Positions 30,441 through 39,929 of a stretch of DNA of 64,000 nt are shown here, one piece after another. The stretch is taken from the NCBI GenBank assembly GCA_965263295.1, contig OZ253665.1:1920001-1984000 (forward strand), written 5' to 3'. Position numbers and translations under genes: made by a program. The stretch's first letter is position 1. Every line of letters starts with the position of its first letter. This DNA comes from Spirochaetia bacterium (lineage in GTDB: Bacteria; Spirochaetota; Spirochaetia; SP-2023). The notes under the pieces were generated by a model. The model was not told where the DNA came from. It did not search any database and worked only from the letters and a program-made list of their open reading frames with translations.

Positions 30441-30968
30441 GTGGAAAATCGTCATAGTTTTCTGATGCCGTTAGTCATTTTGACAAAAATTACAAATATC
30501 GCACACAGGTTCTTGAGTTTTCTGGGCTTACATCTTGGTGCAATCTTTATGATCCTGATGACAATAGCTGTATTATTTCAGGTTGTTATACGCTACGTTT
30601 TTTCGAATCCAGTCTCCTGGATTGAAGAAATGTGCATTTACTCCATGTTTTTTTTAACTTTTCTTTTGGCACCCTATATCTTGTTGAATAAGCTTCATAT
30701 CAGCATGACACTGTTATATGATCGCATCAATAAACAAGAACTGGTTTTTGTCGTCGACATATTACTAAATGCTGTAGCTATATATGGCATTTGTACTCTT
30801 ATTCCCAGTATATTTGAAGTTGTATACAACAATTTAAACGTCACCACGACTCAAATGCCATTGACAAAGGGGCAAATCTATATGATCGTGCCCATTTCAT
30901 TCATCTTGATGATAACCATACCTCTTGAGCAGATTTTACTCTGCCTAATCAAGCTTTTAAATAAATGA
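30441..30968 (+). CDS. dctQ: TRAP transporter small permease
   Basis: QVVIRYVFSNPVSWIEE motif, four TM segments. Confidence 0.9.
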   Translation: MENRHSFLMPLVILTKITNIAHRFLSFLGLHLGAIFMILMTIAVLFQVVIRYVFSNPVSWIEEMCIYSMFFLTFLLAPYILLNKLHISMTLLYDRINKQELVFVVDILLNAVAIYGICTLIPSIFEVVYNNLNVTTTQMPLTKGQIYMIVPISFILMITIPLEQILLCLIKLLNK

Positions 30969-30978
30969 GCGATCGAAA

Positions 30979-32265
30979 ATGTCATCACTTATCATATTAA
31001 TATTTATTTTGCTTATGTTCACAGGCTTACCTGTGTTCTTTTCCCTTATTGTGGCTTCAGCTGTAACGATTTTTATATCTGGTGGCGAGCAATTCTTTCC
31101 GATATTTGTCAATAAATTCATTGGTGGCTTGCAAAGTTTTACCCTCTTGGCCCTGCCATTTTTTATATTGGCGGGAAACATCATGGGGCGCGGGGGGATA
31201 ACCTCCAGGATTATTGACTTTTCCAAGTCGATGGTCGGGCATAAAAGGGGAGGTTTAGGTCACGTTGTCGTCCTGTCTTCGACGATCTATTCGGCCCTGA
31301 CAGGTTCGGCCGTTGCAGCCACCTCGGCCATCGGCAGTATGCTGATTCCCAAAATGACAGATGAAGGCTATACAAAGTCATATGCGGCTGCAATTACTTC
31401 AGCAGCGACAGTCTTGGGGCCGATAATCCCCCCTAGTGGTATTATGATCATCTATGCCTTCACAATGAATACCTCAATCGCGTCCATGTTTATTGCGGCC
31501 ATTATTCCAGGTATTTTGTTTTGCGTTTGCTTGATGATTATGAATTACGTCCAATGCCTGAAAAAGGGATTCCTTTTTACCACCCCCAAAGCCTCGAGAA
31601 AAGAACAGTTTGTCAGCTTTAAAAATGCATTTTGGGCATTATTATCTCCAATTATAATTTTAGGTGGCATCTATGGCGGCATCTTTACGCCTACGGAAGC
31701 CGCTGCGGTAGCCGCCGGTTATGCCGCTTTTTCAGCTATCATTATATACCGATCTTTGTCTTTGCAGGGCTTGATTGAAGCCATTAAAGAATCTGTAATC
31801 AGTTCTGCCGCAATTCTACTGCTGATTGCAGCTGCCTCTGGTTTTGGCAGCATGATCAGCCTTACCCCGATATCCAGCCAGATCAGCCATTTATTGTTTT
31901 ATATTACGGAAAATCCTTATGTCATGCTCGCCATTGTCAATGTTCTATTGCTCATTATTGGCATGTTTCTCGATGCCGGCCCCGCGATCTTGATATTCGC
32001 GGCAATCCTGGCCAAACCGTTGACAGACCTAGGTGTCGACCCGGTGCACTTTGGCGTGGTCATGAGTATTAATGTCACAATCGGCTTGGCAACGCCGCCG
32101 ATGGGCCTGGTGCTGTTTGTCGCTTCTAAGCTTTCTGGCGTTTCGTTTGAGAAAATCGCTTATGAAGCTCTGCCATTTATTTTGGTGGAAGTCGCTATTG
32201 TATTTTTAATTTCTTTTTTCCCGGATATTGTCATGTTTTTACCCAGGTTGTTTGGCTTTGCATAA
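30979..32265 (+). CDS. dctM: TRAP transporter large permease
   Basis: LALPFFILAG, GSAVA, IIPPS, FTPTEAA, TPPMG. Confidence 0.95.
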   Translation: MSSLIILIFILLMFTGLPVFFSLIVASAVTIFISGGEQFFPIFVNKFIGGLQSFTLLALPFFILAGNIMGRGGITSRIIDFSKSMVGHKRGGLGHVVVLSSTIYSALTGSAVAATSAIGSMLIPKMTDEGYTKSYAAAITSAATVLGPIIPPSGIMIIYAFTMNTSIASMFIAAIIPGILFCVCLMIMNYVQCLKKGFLFTTPKASRKEQFVSFKNAFWALLSPIIILGGIYGGIFTPTEAAAVAAGYAAFSAIIIYRSLSLQGLIEAIKESVISSAAILLLIAAASGFGSMISLTPISSQISHLLFYITENPYVMLAIVNVLLLIIGMFLDAGPAILIFAAILAKPLTDLGVDPVHFGVVMSINVTIGLATPPMGLVLFVASKLSGVSFEKIAYEALPFILVEVAIVFLISFFPDIVMFLPRLFGFA

Positions 32266-32301
32266 GCCGATATTTTTAAGAATGTTTTTGGAGGTTTGAT
32301 T

Positions 32302-33159
32302 ATGAAGCTTGGTTTTATTGGTTTGGGTATCATGGGAACTCCTATGAGTAAAAATATTAAGCTCAAGGGAAGCGATGTCGAACTCACTGTCTACAGCCGC
32401 AGTACCCAGAGCAAGGATGAGCTGGAGCATATCGGGGCAAAGTTTGCCCGTTCCAGCAAGGAGCTGGTCCAGAATTCAGAAATTGTCTTCACAATGGTGC
32501 CCACAGGGCAAGATGTCGCCAACCTGTACGAAGAATTCATGAGCGAAATTCGCCCCGACCAGATACTGGTGGATATGAGTACCATTGAACCATCCGTCTC
32601 TATAGATTTGGCAAAGAAGGTTCAAGCGGCTGGAGCGCTCATGCTGGATGCTCCGGTGGTAAAGTCCAAGGCGGCTGCGATTGAAGGAACTTTGGGTATT
32701 TACGTCGGCGGGGATGAGGCGGCCTACTTGAAGGTCAAGCCGCTGCTTGAATGTATGGGGAGTTCCATCATTTACATGGGGCAAAATGGCGCCGGTCTCG
32801 TCATGAAGATTTGCCACAACATGCTCGTAGGTGAAATTCAGAATGGAGTGAATGAGATGATTACTTTGGCGCAGAAGTTTGGCATTTCGGTGCCCACTTT
32901 TCGGGAGGCGATCAATGCCGGCGGCGGCAGCAACTTTTACTTGAACAGCAAGGCAGAAAACATCGCCGGCGAGAATTTCCCGACTGCGTTCTCGGTGCGC
33001 AATATGCACAAGGACGTCCACATCGCCCAGGAGTTGTCAAAATCCGTCGGCTTGGTATTGCCCGGCGCTGAAAATGTGGTAGAGGTTTACGAACGAGCTA
33101 TGGAACAGGGTCTGGGTGATTCGGACTTTTCGGCCTCATTTCTGGCCGTAAAAAAGTAG
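32302..33159 (+). CDS. 3-hydroxyisobutyrate dehydrogenase-family reductase, probable 3-sulfolactaldehyde reductase (SftR/YihU-like)
   Basis: GFIGLGIMG, DMSTI, catalytic MKICHN; DAPVVKS in place of DAPVSGG; cluster context. Confidence 0.7.
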   Translation: MKLGFIGLGIMGTPMSKNIKLKGSDVELTVYSRSTQSKDELEHIGAKFARSSKELVQNSEIVFTMVPTGQDVANLYEEFMSEIRPDQILVDMSTIEPSVSIDLAKKVQAAGALMLDAPVVKSKAAAIEGTLGIYVGGDEAAYLKVKPLLECMGSSIIYMGQNGAGLVMKICHNMLVGEIQNGVNEMITLAQKFGISVPTFREAINAGGGSNFYLNSKAENIAGENFPTAFSVRNMHKDVHIAQELSKSVGLVLPGAENVVEVYERAMEQGLGDSDFSASFLAVKK

Positions 33160-33185
33160 TTAAAGATAGTTTTGGGGATCGCGGC

Positions 33186-34253
33186 ATGAACATCACCAAA
33201 GAGCCTTACGGCAAACTGTGGAATACAGAGGCCAGCCTCTATACCTTGACAAATTATCGGGAAAATTGCCGGGAAAATCATCGCGGCATACAGCTAAAAA
33301 TTAGCGATTATGGCGGTATTATAACCCATTTTTTTGTGCCGGATCGCAATGGGGTCGCGCGCGATATCGTCCTCGGCTTCGACAGTTTTGCCGAATACCT
33401 CTCTGGCCATCCGTTTTTTGGCGCTATCGCCGGGCGGTTTGCCAACCGCATCAACGGCGGACGCTTCGCCTTGAACGGCGTTCGCTACCAACTGGCGGCC
33501 CAGTCTGGCGGCAATCACCTGCACGGCGGCGTGCGCGGTTTCGACAAATACATTTGGGACAGCCACATTGAAAATCACCGTGACCGCGTGACGCTGGTAC
33601 TCAGGCATTGTTCTGCAGATGGCGACGAAGGCTACCCAGGCAACTTGCAGGCCGAGGTTCGCTATTCATTGTGCCAAGAGAATCGCTTACAGATTGCCTA
33701 TCGGGCGACGACAGATGAGCCCACCATTGTCAACCTGACGAACCACAGCTATTTCAATCTGACGGGAGACCCGCGGCGCGGCATTGAAGATCACAAGATC
33801 ATGATCAATGCCCAGCGTTTTGTCGCAGTAGACAATGCGCAGATTCCGACCGGGGAGCTGCCCGCAGTTGGCGGGACTTATCTCGACTGCCGCGAGCCGC
33901 GCGAGATGGGGGAAATGTTTGCCGCAGCTCCGCGCGGCATTGTCGATCATTGCTATGTATTGCAGGAACGAGCAGGTTTTCAAGTCGAGGCGGCACAGGT
34001 CGAGGCGGAAAGTAGTGGCATTCGAATGCTCGTCTCAACCGATAATGTCGGAATGCAGTTTTACAATGGCAATAAACTGGGCGAGCAGAAAAAAATTGGC
34101 AAGAATCAAGTGCCATATCCGAAATATGCGGGTTTCTGCCTGGAGACCCAGTGCTGGCCAGATGCCCCCAACCACGCTGGTTTCCCTTCTTGCGTCTTGT
34201 CCCCAGGCGAGAGCTACCGGCACAATGCCGAATTTCGCTTCACAAACTTTTAA
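33186..34253 (+). CDS. galM: Aldose 1-epimerase (probable sulfoquinovose mutarotase)
   Basis: GRFANRI, NHLHGG, GYPGNL, NLTNHSYFNL, CLETQ. Confidence 0.9.
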   Translation: MNITKEPYGKLWNTEASLYTLTNYRENCRENHRGIQLKISDYGGIITHFFVPDRNGVARDIVLGFDSFAEYLSGHPFFGAIAGRFANRINGGRFALNGVRYQLAAQSGGNHLHGGVRGFDKYIWDSHIENHRDRVTLVLRHCSADGDEGYPGNLQAEVRYSLCQENRLQIAYRATTDEPTIVNLTNHSYFNLTGDPRRGIEDHKIMINAQRFVAVDNAQIPTGELPAVGGTYLDCREPREMGEMFAAAPRGIVDHCYVLQERAGFQVEAAQVEAESSGIRMLVSTDNVGMQFYNGNKLGEQKKIGKNQVPYPKYAGFCLETQCWPDAPNHAGFPSCVLSPGESYRHNAEFRFTNF

Positions 34254-34297
34254 TTAGATTTGCCGTCGAGAACTGCAGTTTACGGCGGCGACCCAAT

Positions 34298-34341
34298 ACT
34301 AAAAATGGACTAAAAATGGACCCAAAATGGACCCAAAATGG
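34298..34341 (+). repeat. 11-bp tandem repeat x4 (AC(TA/CC)AAAATGG) overlapping the isomerase RBS
   Basis: actaaaaatgg actaaaaatgg acccaaaatgg acccaaaatgg. Confidence 0.8.
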
Positions 34342-34349
34342 AGAATATA

Positions 34350-35687
34350 ATGCTTCCAAAGATTGGTATCCTGGCCTTGGCACGGGATACTTTTGATGTG
34401 CCCTTCGCGCGGGAAATACACAGTCAGTGCTTGGCGGAACTGCGAAAGCTGTCTATTGAGATTGTGGGCGGCAGCGAACTGCTGTTTGATGCCGCTGCTA
34501 CGCAGCAGGCTCTCAATGAGGTCAACGCCAGCCGGCCGGACTTGTTGGCCATATTGCAGGTGACCTTCACCGATTCAAGTATGACCTCTAAAATTGCAGA
34601 ACAGACCGAAATACCCCTGTTGCTCTGGTCTTTTCCCGAGGAGCGCACTGGCGGGCGCCTGCGGCTCAACTCGTTTTGTGGCATAAACTTGGCCGCACAT
34701 ACCCTGAGCCGCAAAGGCAGGCCGTATCACTACCTCCACGGCCTGGCGAGCGAGCCGCAAGTCCAGAATAAATTTCTCGCCTTGGTGCGGGCGGCACACG
34801 CGCGTTCAAGATTTCACAACGCGACAATGCTTGTGATAGGAGAATTTCCCGAAGGCTTTGATGCCTGTGATTATGACCCCGCAGAGGTGAAAGAGACCTT
34901 TGGCCTAGAATTTCACAATATGCCTGTCTCCCGCTTCATTCAAGAGGCGCGGCAGGTTCCCGAAGCAGTGGCTGCTGCACATCTGGAGGAGCGCAAAAAA
35001 GTTTTAGGGAAGCTGGAACAACTGGAACAGGAACCCTTGCTCAATACCATGAGGGTCTATCATAGACTGGATGAGTTAGTGAAGGAGAAAAACGCGATAG
35101 GCGCCGCCGTCCGCTGTTGGCCGCAGTTTTTTACCGAATGGGGCACGGCGGCTTGCGGGGCGCTGGCCATGATGGGTGAACAAAAAATCCCATGTGGCTG
35201 TGAAGCCGATGTGTATGGAGTTCTGACCGCCAAACTTCTGGCCTTGATTTCCGGTGGTGCGGCCGTCTTTAACACCGATCTTGTGGACTTGGATTTTGCG
35301 AGCAATACTTGCGTTTTCTGGCATTGCGGCCAAGCCCCAGTTCAGATGGCGGATCCTGAAATCCCGCCAGTTGGAACGATCCATACCAACCGCAAGCTGC
35401 CTTTGCTCAGTCAGTTTCCACTCAAGCCCGGACAAATAACCCTGGCGCGCCTGAGCCGGGGAGGGGGGGAGCTCAAGCTGGTTCTGGGACAGGCCGAAAT
35501 GTTGAAGGCCCCCTTGGCCTATGCCGGCACTTCTGGTGTCGCGCGTTTTCCGCGTCCGCTGGAGCAAGTTGTCGATACCTTGATGAATTGCGGCCTGGAA
35601 CACCATACAGCCATTGTCTACGGAGATTACTTGGCAGAATTGAAGGCTTTTGCCCAATTACTGAGTATTCAAACTGTAGAGTTGTAA
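34350..35687 (+). CDS. L-fucose/L-arabinose isomerase family, probable sulfoquinovose isomerase (SqvD/SftI)
   Basis: ARDTFD, TFTDS, GGRLRLNSFCG, AVRCWP, CEADVYG, WHCG, GLEHH. Confidence 0.78.
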   Translation: MLPKIGILALARDTFDVPFAREIHSQCLAELRKLSIEIVGGSELLFDAAATQQALNEVNASRPDLLAILQVTFTDSSMTSKIAEQTEIPLLLWSFPEERTGGRLRLNSFCGINLAAHTLSRKGRPYHYLHGLASEPQVQNKFLALVRAAHARSRFHNATMLVIGEFPEGFDACDYDPAEVKETFGLEFHNMPVSRFIQEARQVPEAVAAAHLEERKKVLGKLEQLEQEPLLNTMRVYHRLDELVKEKNAIGAAVRCWPQFFTEWGTAACGALAMMGEQKIPCGCEADVYGVLTAKLLALISGGAAVFNTDLVDLDFASNTCVFWHCGQAPVQMADPEIPPVGTIHTNRKLPLLSQFPLKPGQITLARLSRGGGELKLVLGQAEMLKAPLAYAGTSGVARFPRPLEQVVDTLMNCGLEHHTAIVYGDYLAELKAFAQLLSIQTVEL

Positions 35688-35694
35688 CGGGATT

Positions 35695-36456
35695 ATGTTC
35701 AGCTCTATACTGGCCTTTTCCGGAATATTCTTGCTGGGTAGCTTTGTCCAGAGTCTTACTGGGTTTGGCCTGTCCCTGGTCTCTGTGTCCCTGCTTTCGA
35801 TGCTGCTTGACCCTAAGCTTGCTGTCCCACTGGCGGCTGTCTACGGTTGCTTCGTCACTGTGCCGCTGGTGATACGCATGTGGCCGAATGTTCGCCACAA
35901 AGAGGCGTTATGCTTAGCCATATGTGCCCTCCCCGGTGCATATCTAGGGGCTGCCACTCTAAAAAATTTGCAATCTGCCTACATTCTGCTATTTATGGGG
36001 GCACTTCTGGTCGTCTCCAGTGTTTATTCCCTGGCATTTAAGCCGGTTCGGTTTGGCATTGACAATCCCGTTCTCAATGCCAGCGCCAATGGTGCGATCG
36101 GTTTTCTCGCGGGAGCGCTGGGAGCTGCCGTGGGAGGCTCTGGCCCCCCCGTTATCCTTTGGCTTTCCGCGCGTCCATGGCAAGCCCGAGAAATTAAGGC
36201 GACCCTGTCTTTTTTCTTTATGATGCAAGCGATTGGCGCCATTATCGTCTTTGCGTTCGACAAGCTGTTAAACATGGAGCTGCTGCGACTCGGGCTGTAT
36301 GCCCTGCCCGGCCTTGTAGTGGGAACAGTCGCCGGGATACTCACTTTTGATTATCTGCACAAGAAGAAGCTGGACTACCATAAAATTGTCCATGCATTGC
36401 TTGTCGTAATTGGCATCAGGTTGATTTGGCGCAGTGTGGTGGAAATTCAAGTCTGA
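35695..36456 (+). CDS. TauE/SafE (TSUP) sulfonate or sulfite exporter
   Basis: QSLTGFG and GGSGPP motifs, about 8 TM segments; last gene of the cluster. Confidence 0.85.
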   Translation: MFSSILAFSGIFLLGSFVQSLTGFGLSLVSVSLLSMLLDPKLAVPLAAVYGCFVTVPLVIRMWPNVRHKEALCLAICALPGAYLGAATLKNLQSAYILLFMGALLVVSSVYSLAFKPVRFGIDNPVLNASANGAIGFLAGALGAAVGGSGPPVILWLSARPWQAREIKATLSFFFMMQAIGAIIVFAFDKLLNMELLRLGLYALPGLVVGTVAGILTFDYLHKKKLDYHKIVHALLVVIGIRLIWRSVVEIQV

Positions 36457-36655
36457 AGACTCTTGTTTAAACTCTTGAAAGTCAAACCTTTCTTGCCTCC
36501 CGTTGTCCTTCCGCCCCTTTTAAATCTTTCCCCTGCCTAAATTTCGTGACTTTTCGCAGTCTTCGTGCCTTTCGTGGTTCCCTCTCATGGGTTCCCGGCC
36601 CGATAACCACGAAAAACACAAAAAAAAGCCCCTCTGTCTTGCAACAGGAGGCGGC
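36071..36655 (+). repeat. Direct repeat, copy 1 (3' half of TSUP gene plus downstream dispersed element)
   Basis: Near-identical to 37676..38247. Confidence 0.92.
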
Positions 36656-36673
36656 ATACTCAAGCTAAAATAA

Positions 36674-36887
36674 ACAAAAATTCATTGGCGAAATCCAAGT
36701 CATATTTCTTTCATAATTGTCGGTTTTAAAACGCTATATTTAACAATTGTAAGGTGCAATATTAAAAATATCGCCATTTCAATGCTTGGTTGCGGTAAAG
36801 GTGGTCTTGATTGGTCAAAAGTTCGTGAGTATACTATGGAAAGAATTTGAAAATATGGGAAATGTAAAAATTATTGTATGCGAATGA
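36674..36887 (+). pseudogene. Frameshifted C-terminal remnant of a macro-domain (DarG/Poa1-like) gene
   Basis: TKIHWRNPSHISFI / IKNIAISMLGCGKGGLDWSKVR / ILWKEFENMGNVKIIVCE across two frameshifts. Confidence 0.65.
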
Positions 36888-36946
36888 TTAAAAATTGAAA
36901 ATACGATATGAAATCTTAATATTGTTTTAATAAAGGAAAGCTTTTC

Positions 36947-37366
36947 ATGAATAAAAATGACATTATGGTTGAGAAATTTAATTCTTACAAAAAAGACAAG
37001 GAATCCAAAGAAATTCACCTTCCAAAAGTGTGGGATTCTTGGTTATTGGCTTACGATAACCGAAAAAGGTACGGTTTCATGCACAACGTTGAATTTCACA
37101 AACTCTGTCGTGAAAGTCGTCAACTTCGGATTGAAGAACTTGAAGAAATTACCGACGAATACCTGAAATCTTCACTTGAAAGTATACTGGAGACAGAAAA
37201 CAGGGTTATGGTGGAGTTAGATAGACGAAATAACGATTTCAAACAAGACTCCGAAGATTCTAAGACTTTAAACGACGAATCTTTAACGGATGATACATAT
37301 TTGGTGAAACTTTCTGAAAGTTTCTTTCACAATTACAGCGAAATTCTTTCAATGATCGATTTTTAA
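36947..37366 (+). CDS. Hypothetical protein in AT-rich insert (possibly truncated)
   Basis: 139-aa ORF with AAGGA RBS; no recognisable motif. Confidence 0.45.
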   Translation: MNKNDIMVEKFNSYKKDKESKEIHLPKVWDSWLLAYDNRKRYGFMHNVEFHKLCRESRQLRIEELEEITDEYLKSSLESILETENRVMVELDRRNNDFKQDSEDSKTLNDESLTDDTYLVKLSESFFHNYSEILSMIDF

Positions 37367-37675
37367 GTTATAAATCGATCATTTTATTGTGAATTATGAA
37401 TGAAAATATGCATTCTACAATCTTGGATATATTATGACGATATTCACGGGTCTATAAAATATTTTTAAGGGTCTTATACTATGAAGAAAGAATATTCCAA
37501 CGATAAAAATAATTTTATCAAAGGTGTATACCCACCAAGTATTGAAGATTTGGGAAAATCGAGAAACGATTAAAATATTCAAGTCATAAAGATGGTTTTT
37601 TCAATGAAAAATCGTTAAGATGGTAAAAGATATTAAATTTTAACAATACTTGACGAAATACCCACACGCATTCAA

Positions 37676-38247
37676 TTCTCAATGCCAGTGCCAATGGTGC
37701 GATCGGTTTTCTCGCGGGAGCGCTGGGAGGCTCAGGCCCCCCGTTATCCTTTGGCTTTCCGCGCGTCCATGGCAAGCCCGAGAAATTAAGGCGACCCTCT
37801 CTTTTTTCTTTATGATGCAAGCGATTGGCGCCATTATCGTCTTTGCGTTCGACAAGCTGTTAAACATGGAGCTGCTGCGACTCGGGCTGTATGCTCTGCC
37901 CGGCTTTGTCGTGGGAACAGTCGCCGGGATACTCACTTTTGATTATCTGCACAAGAAGAAGCTGGACTACCATAAAATTGTCCATGCATTGCTTGTCGTA
38001 ATTGGCATCAGGTTGATTTGGCGTAGTGTGGTGGAAATTCAGGTCTGAAGACTCTTGTTTAAACTCTTGAAAGTCAAACCTTTCTTGCCTCCCGTTGTCC
38101 TTCCGCCCCTTTTAAATCTTTCCCCTGCCTAAATTTCGTGACTTTTCGCAGTCTTCGTGCCTTTCGTGGTTCCCTCTCATGGGTTCCCGGCCCGATAACC
38201 ACGAAAAACACAAAAAAAAGCCCCTCTGTCTTGCAACAGGAGGCGGC
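37676..38247 (+). pseudogene. Direct repeat, copy 2: truncated TSUP gene 3' half plus downstream element
   Basis: Duplicate of 36071..36655, 13 bp shorter near its start; lacks the 5' half. Confidence 0.9.
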
Positions 38248-38286
38248 CGCAACCAGAGAAAGCTCAGTATCCAGCTGAATATTTAG

Positions 38287-39630
38287 TTATGGATTCTTAC
38301 ATGTATTTTTTGAATTCGGAGCATCACATGCCGTGATGGTGATTTCTTTCTTACCATAGAAATAGATATCCTTCTGCTCATTCCCCTTCCAAAGACAGAC
38401 CTCAACTTTAATCCTACCATTATCAACTTTGATATCACCACCACTAGCATCTGCAGAAACAAAATATGATAGACTTTTGTCGTTCGGCCATTGAGGGTGG
38501 TGTCCATCCTCATCCAATAATGGCATGACTATTATACCATTACTCAGGGTAGAAGGGACCGTATAACCCAATTCTTCATGGCTAAAAACTGGAATTTGTT
38601 TACCATTGCGCGTAACATGCAATGGTTGCTGATTTTTGTTAAGTTGCTCAAGTTCTGTAATGGTCTTTGATGATCGGGCATCTGTAAATTTTTCTAGATC
38701 GGGCTGAAAGTTGAAGTAATATACAAGCTCTATGTCTTTTTGTTTTGTAGCACCATCTACACTTACCGCTGCAGTTAAACAAATGTGATCTGTCCCATCG
38801 TCTCGCTGATCAAGCATAGACTTGACTGTAAAACTTAGTGTTGTTGTTGGATCAAGAGATGCTCCAGACTGTACAAAAAATATAGACTCCGGATATCCCA
38901 AGTCTGACAATGGAACAGTAGCATTTGGCTTCACAGAGCGCAAAGCGCTTGGACTTTGGTTAAGTCCTGTGTTTCCTTCAACTGTATTTTTTAGCTTGTC
39001 CAATTCACTTTGGGCTTTGGCCTCGGCTTTGGCTTTGGCCTCCGCTTTAGCTTTGGCCTCGGCTTTAGCTTTGGCCTCAGCTTTAGCTTTGGCCTCGGCT
39101 TTAGCTTTGGCCTCGGCCTTGGCTTTGGCCTCGGCTTTAGCTTTGGCCTCGGCCTTGGCTTTGGCCTCAGCTTTAGCTTTGGCCTCGGCTCTTTTTCGAA
39201 GTTCCAAAGACCCGGTCACTGTGAATCTCAAGCTGCCGCCGCTGGGACTGGTGAATACCAGCTCAATGCTTTCACCATTATCAATATTTTGATCAATACT
39301 TTCACCATTAGCCAGAATTTCACCTCTTGGGCCAACAACTGACAGTTCTGAAATTTTCGCGGTCGCGGATTCGCTCTTAAACATGTCTTTGATTGCGGAA
39401 ATCTTGGTATCGGCGCTCACTCTCGATTCAAAACCATCACTTATGGCAGTCCCACTAGGCAGAAAGGCATTGTTGGAATCGGAAAGAGTGTCTGGCAAAG
39501 CGACTTTAACTGTCGGTACCTTGGGGATATCGCCGCCATCATTGTGGGAGAAAGTCGAAAAATTAGACATCCGGCATTGGCATAATGCCAGACCCAACAA
39601 GATGAGCGACAGAGAAAGCAGTAATTTCAT
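38287..39630 (-). CDS. Putative lipoprotein with (AEAKAK)10 repeat
   Basis: Signal peptide ending LALCQC; GAGGAG RBS; central charged helical repeat. Confidence 0.8.
   Translation of the reverse strand: MKLLLSLSLILLGLALCQCRMSNFSTFSHNDGGDIPKVPTVKVALPDTLSDSNNAFLPSGTAISDGFESRVSADTKISAIKDMFKSESATAKISELSVVGPRGEILANGESIDQNIDNGESIELVFTSPSGGSLRFTVTGSLELRKRAEAKAKAEAKAKAEAKAKAEAKAKAEAKAKAEAKAKAEAKAKAEAKAKAEAKAKAEAKAQSELDKLKNTVEGNTGLNQSPSALRSVKPNATVPLSDLGYPESIFFVQSGASLDPTTTLSFTVKSMLDQRDDGTDHICLTAAVSVDGATKQKDIELVYYFNFQPDLEKFTDARSSKTITELEQLNKNQQPLHVTRNGKQIPVFSHEELGYTVPSTLSNGIIVMPLLDEDGHHPQWPNDKSLSYFVSADASGGDIKVDNGRIKVEVCLWKGNEQKDIYFYGKKEITITACDAPNSKNTCKNP
39010..39189 (-). repeat. 18-bp coding tandem repeat x10
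   Basis: Encodes AEAKAK x9 plus AEAKAQ with synonymous variation. Confidence 0.95.
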
Positions 39631-39762
39631 AGTCTAAAGACTCCTCAATGCAAGTTCTCTAATCAATTATAGGCCAGGCGAGTGCTCAAGTACAAGCCGA
39701 AAGCGCTTCCCGTAGTTCATTTTTTGCCTTGTTTGCCCTCCGTGCCACCCGTGGTTCCCTTT

Positions 39763-39929
39763 GAGTCTCTGGCCGAGTAACCACGAAATACACAAAAAAA
39801 GTACGAAACAACACGAAAAATTCTAAAAATTCTAAAGCCCCTCTGCCTGAACGCCCCCGTCGTTTCTCCCACAGCTCCCCAGCCTAAATTTCGTGTCCTT
39901 TCGCTGTCTTCGTGGCTTTTTGTGGTTCC
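39763..39929 (+). repeat. Dispersed CACGAA/TTCGTG element
   Basis: gagtctctggccgagtaaccacgaaatacac... to ...tttgtggttcc, abutting the pepA stop codon. Confidence 0.85.
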
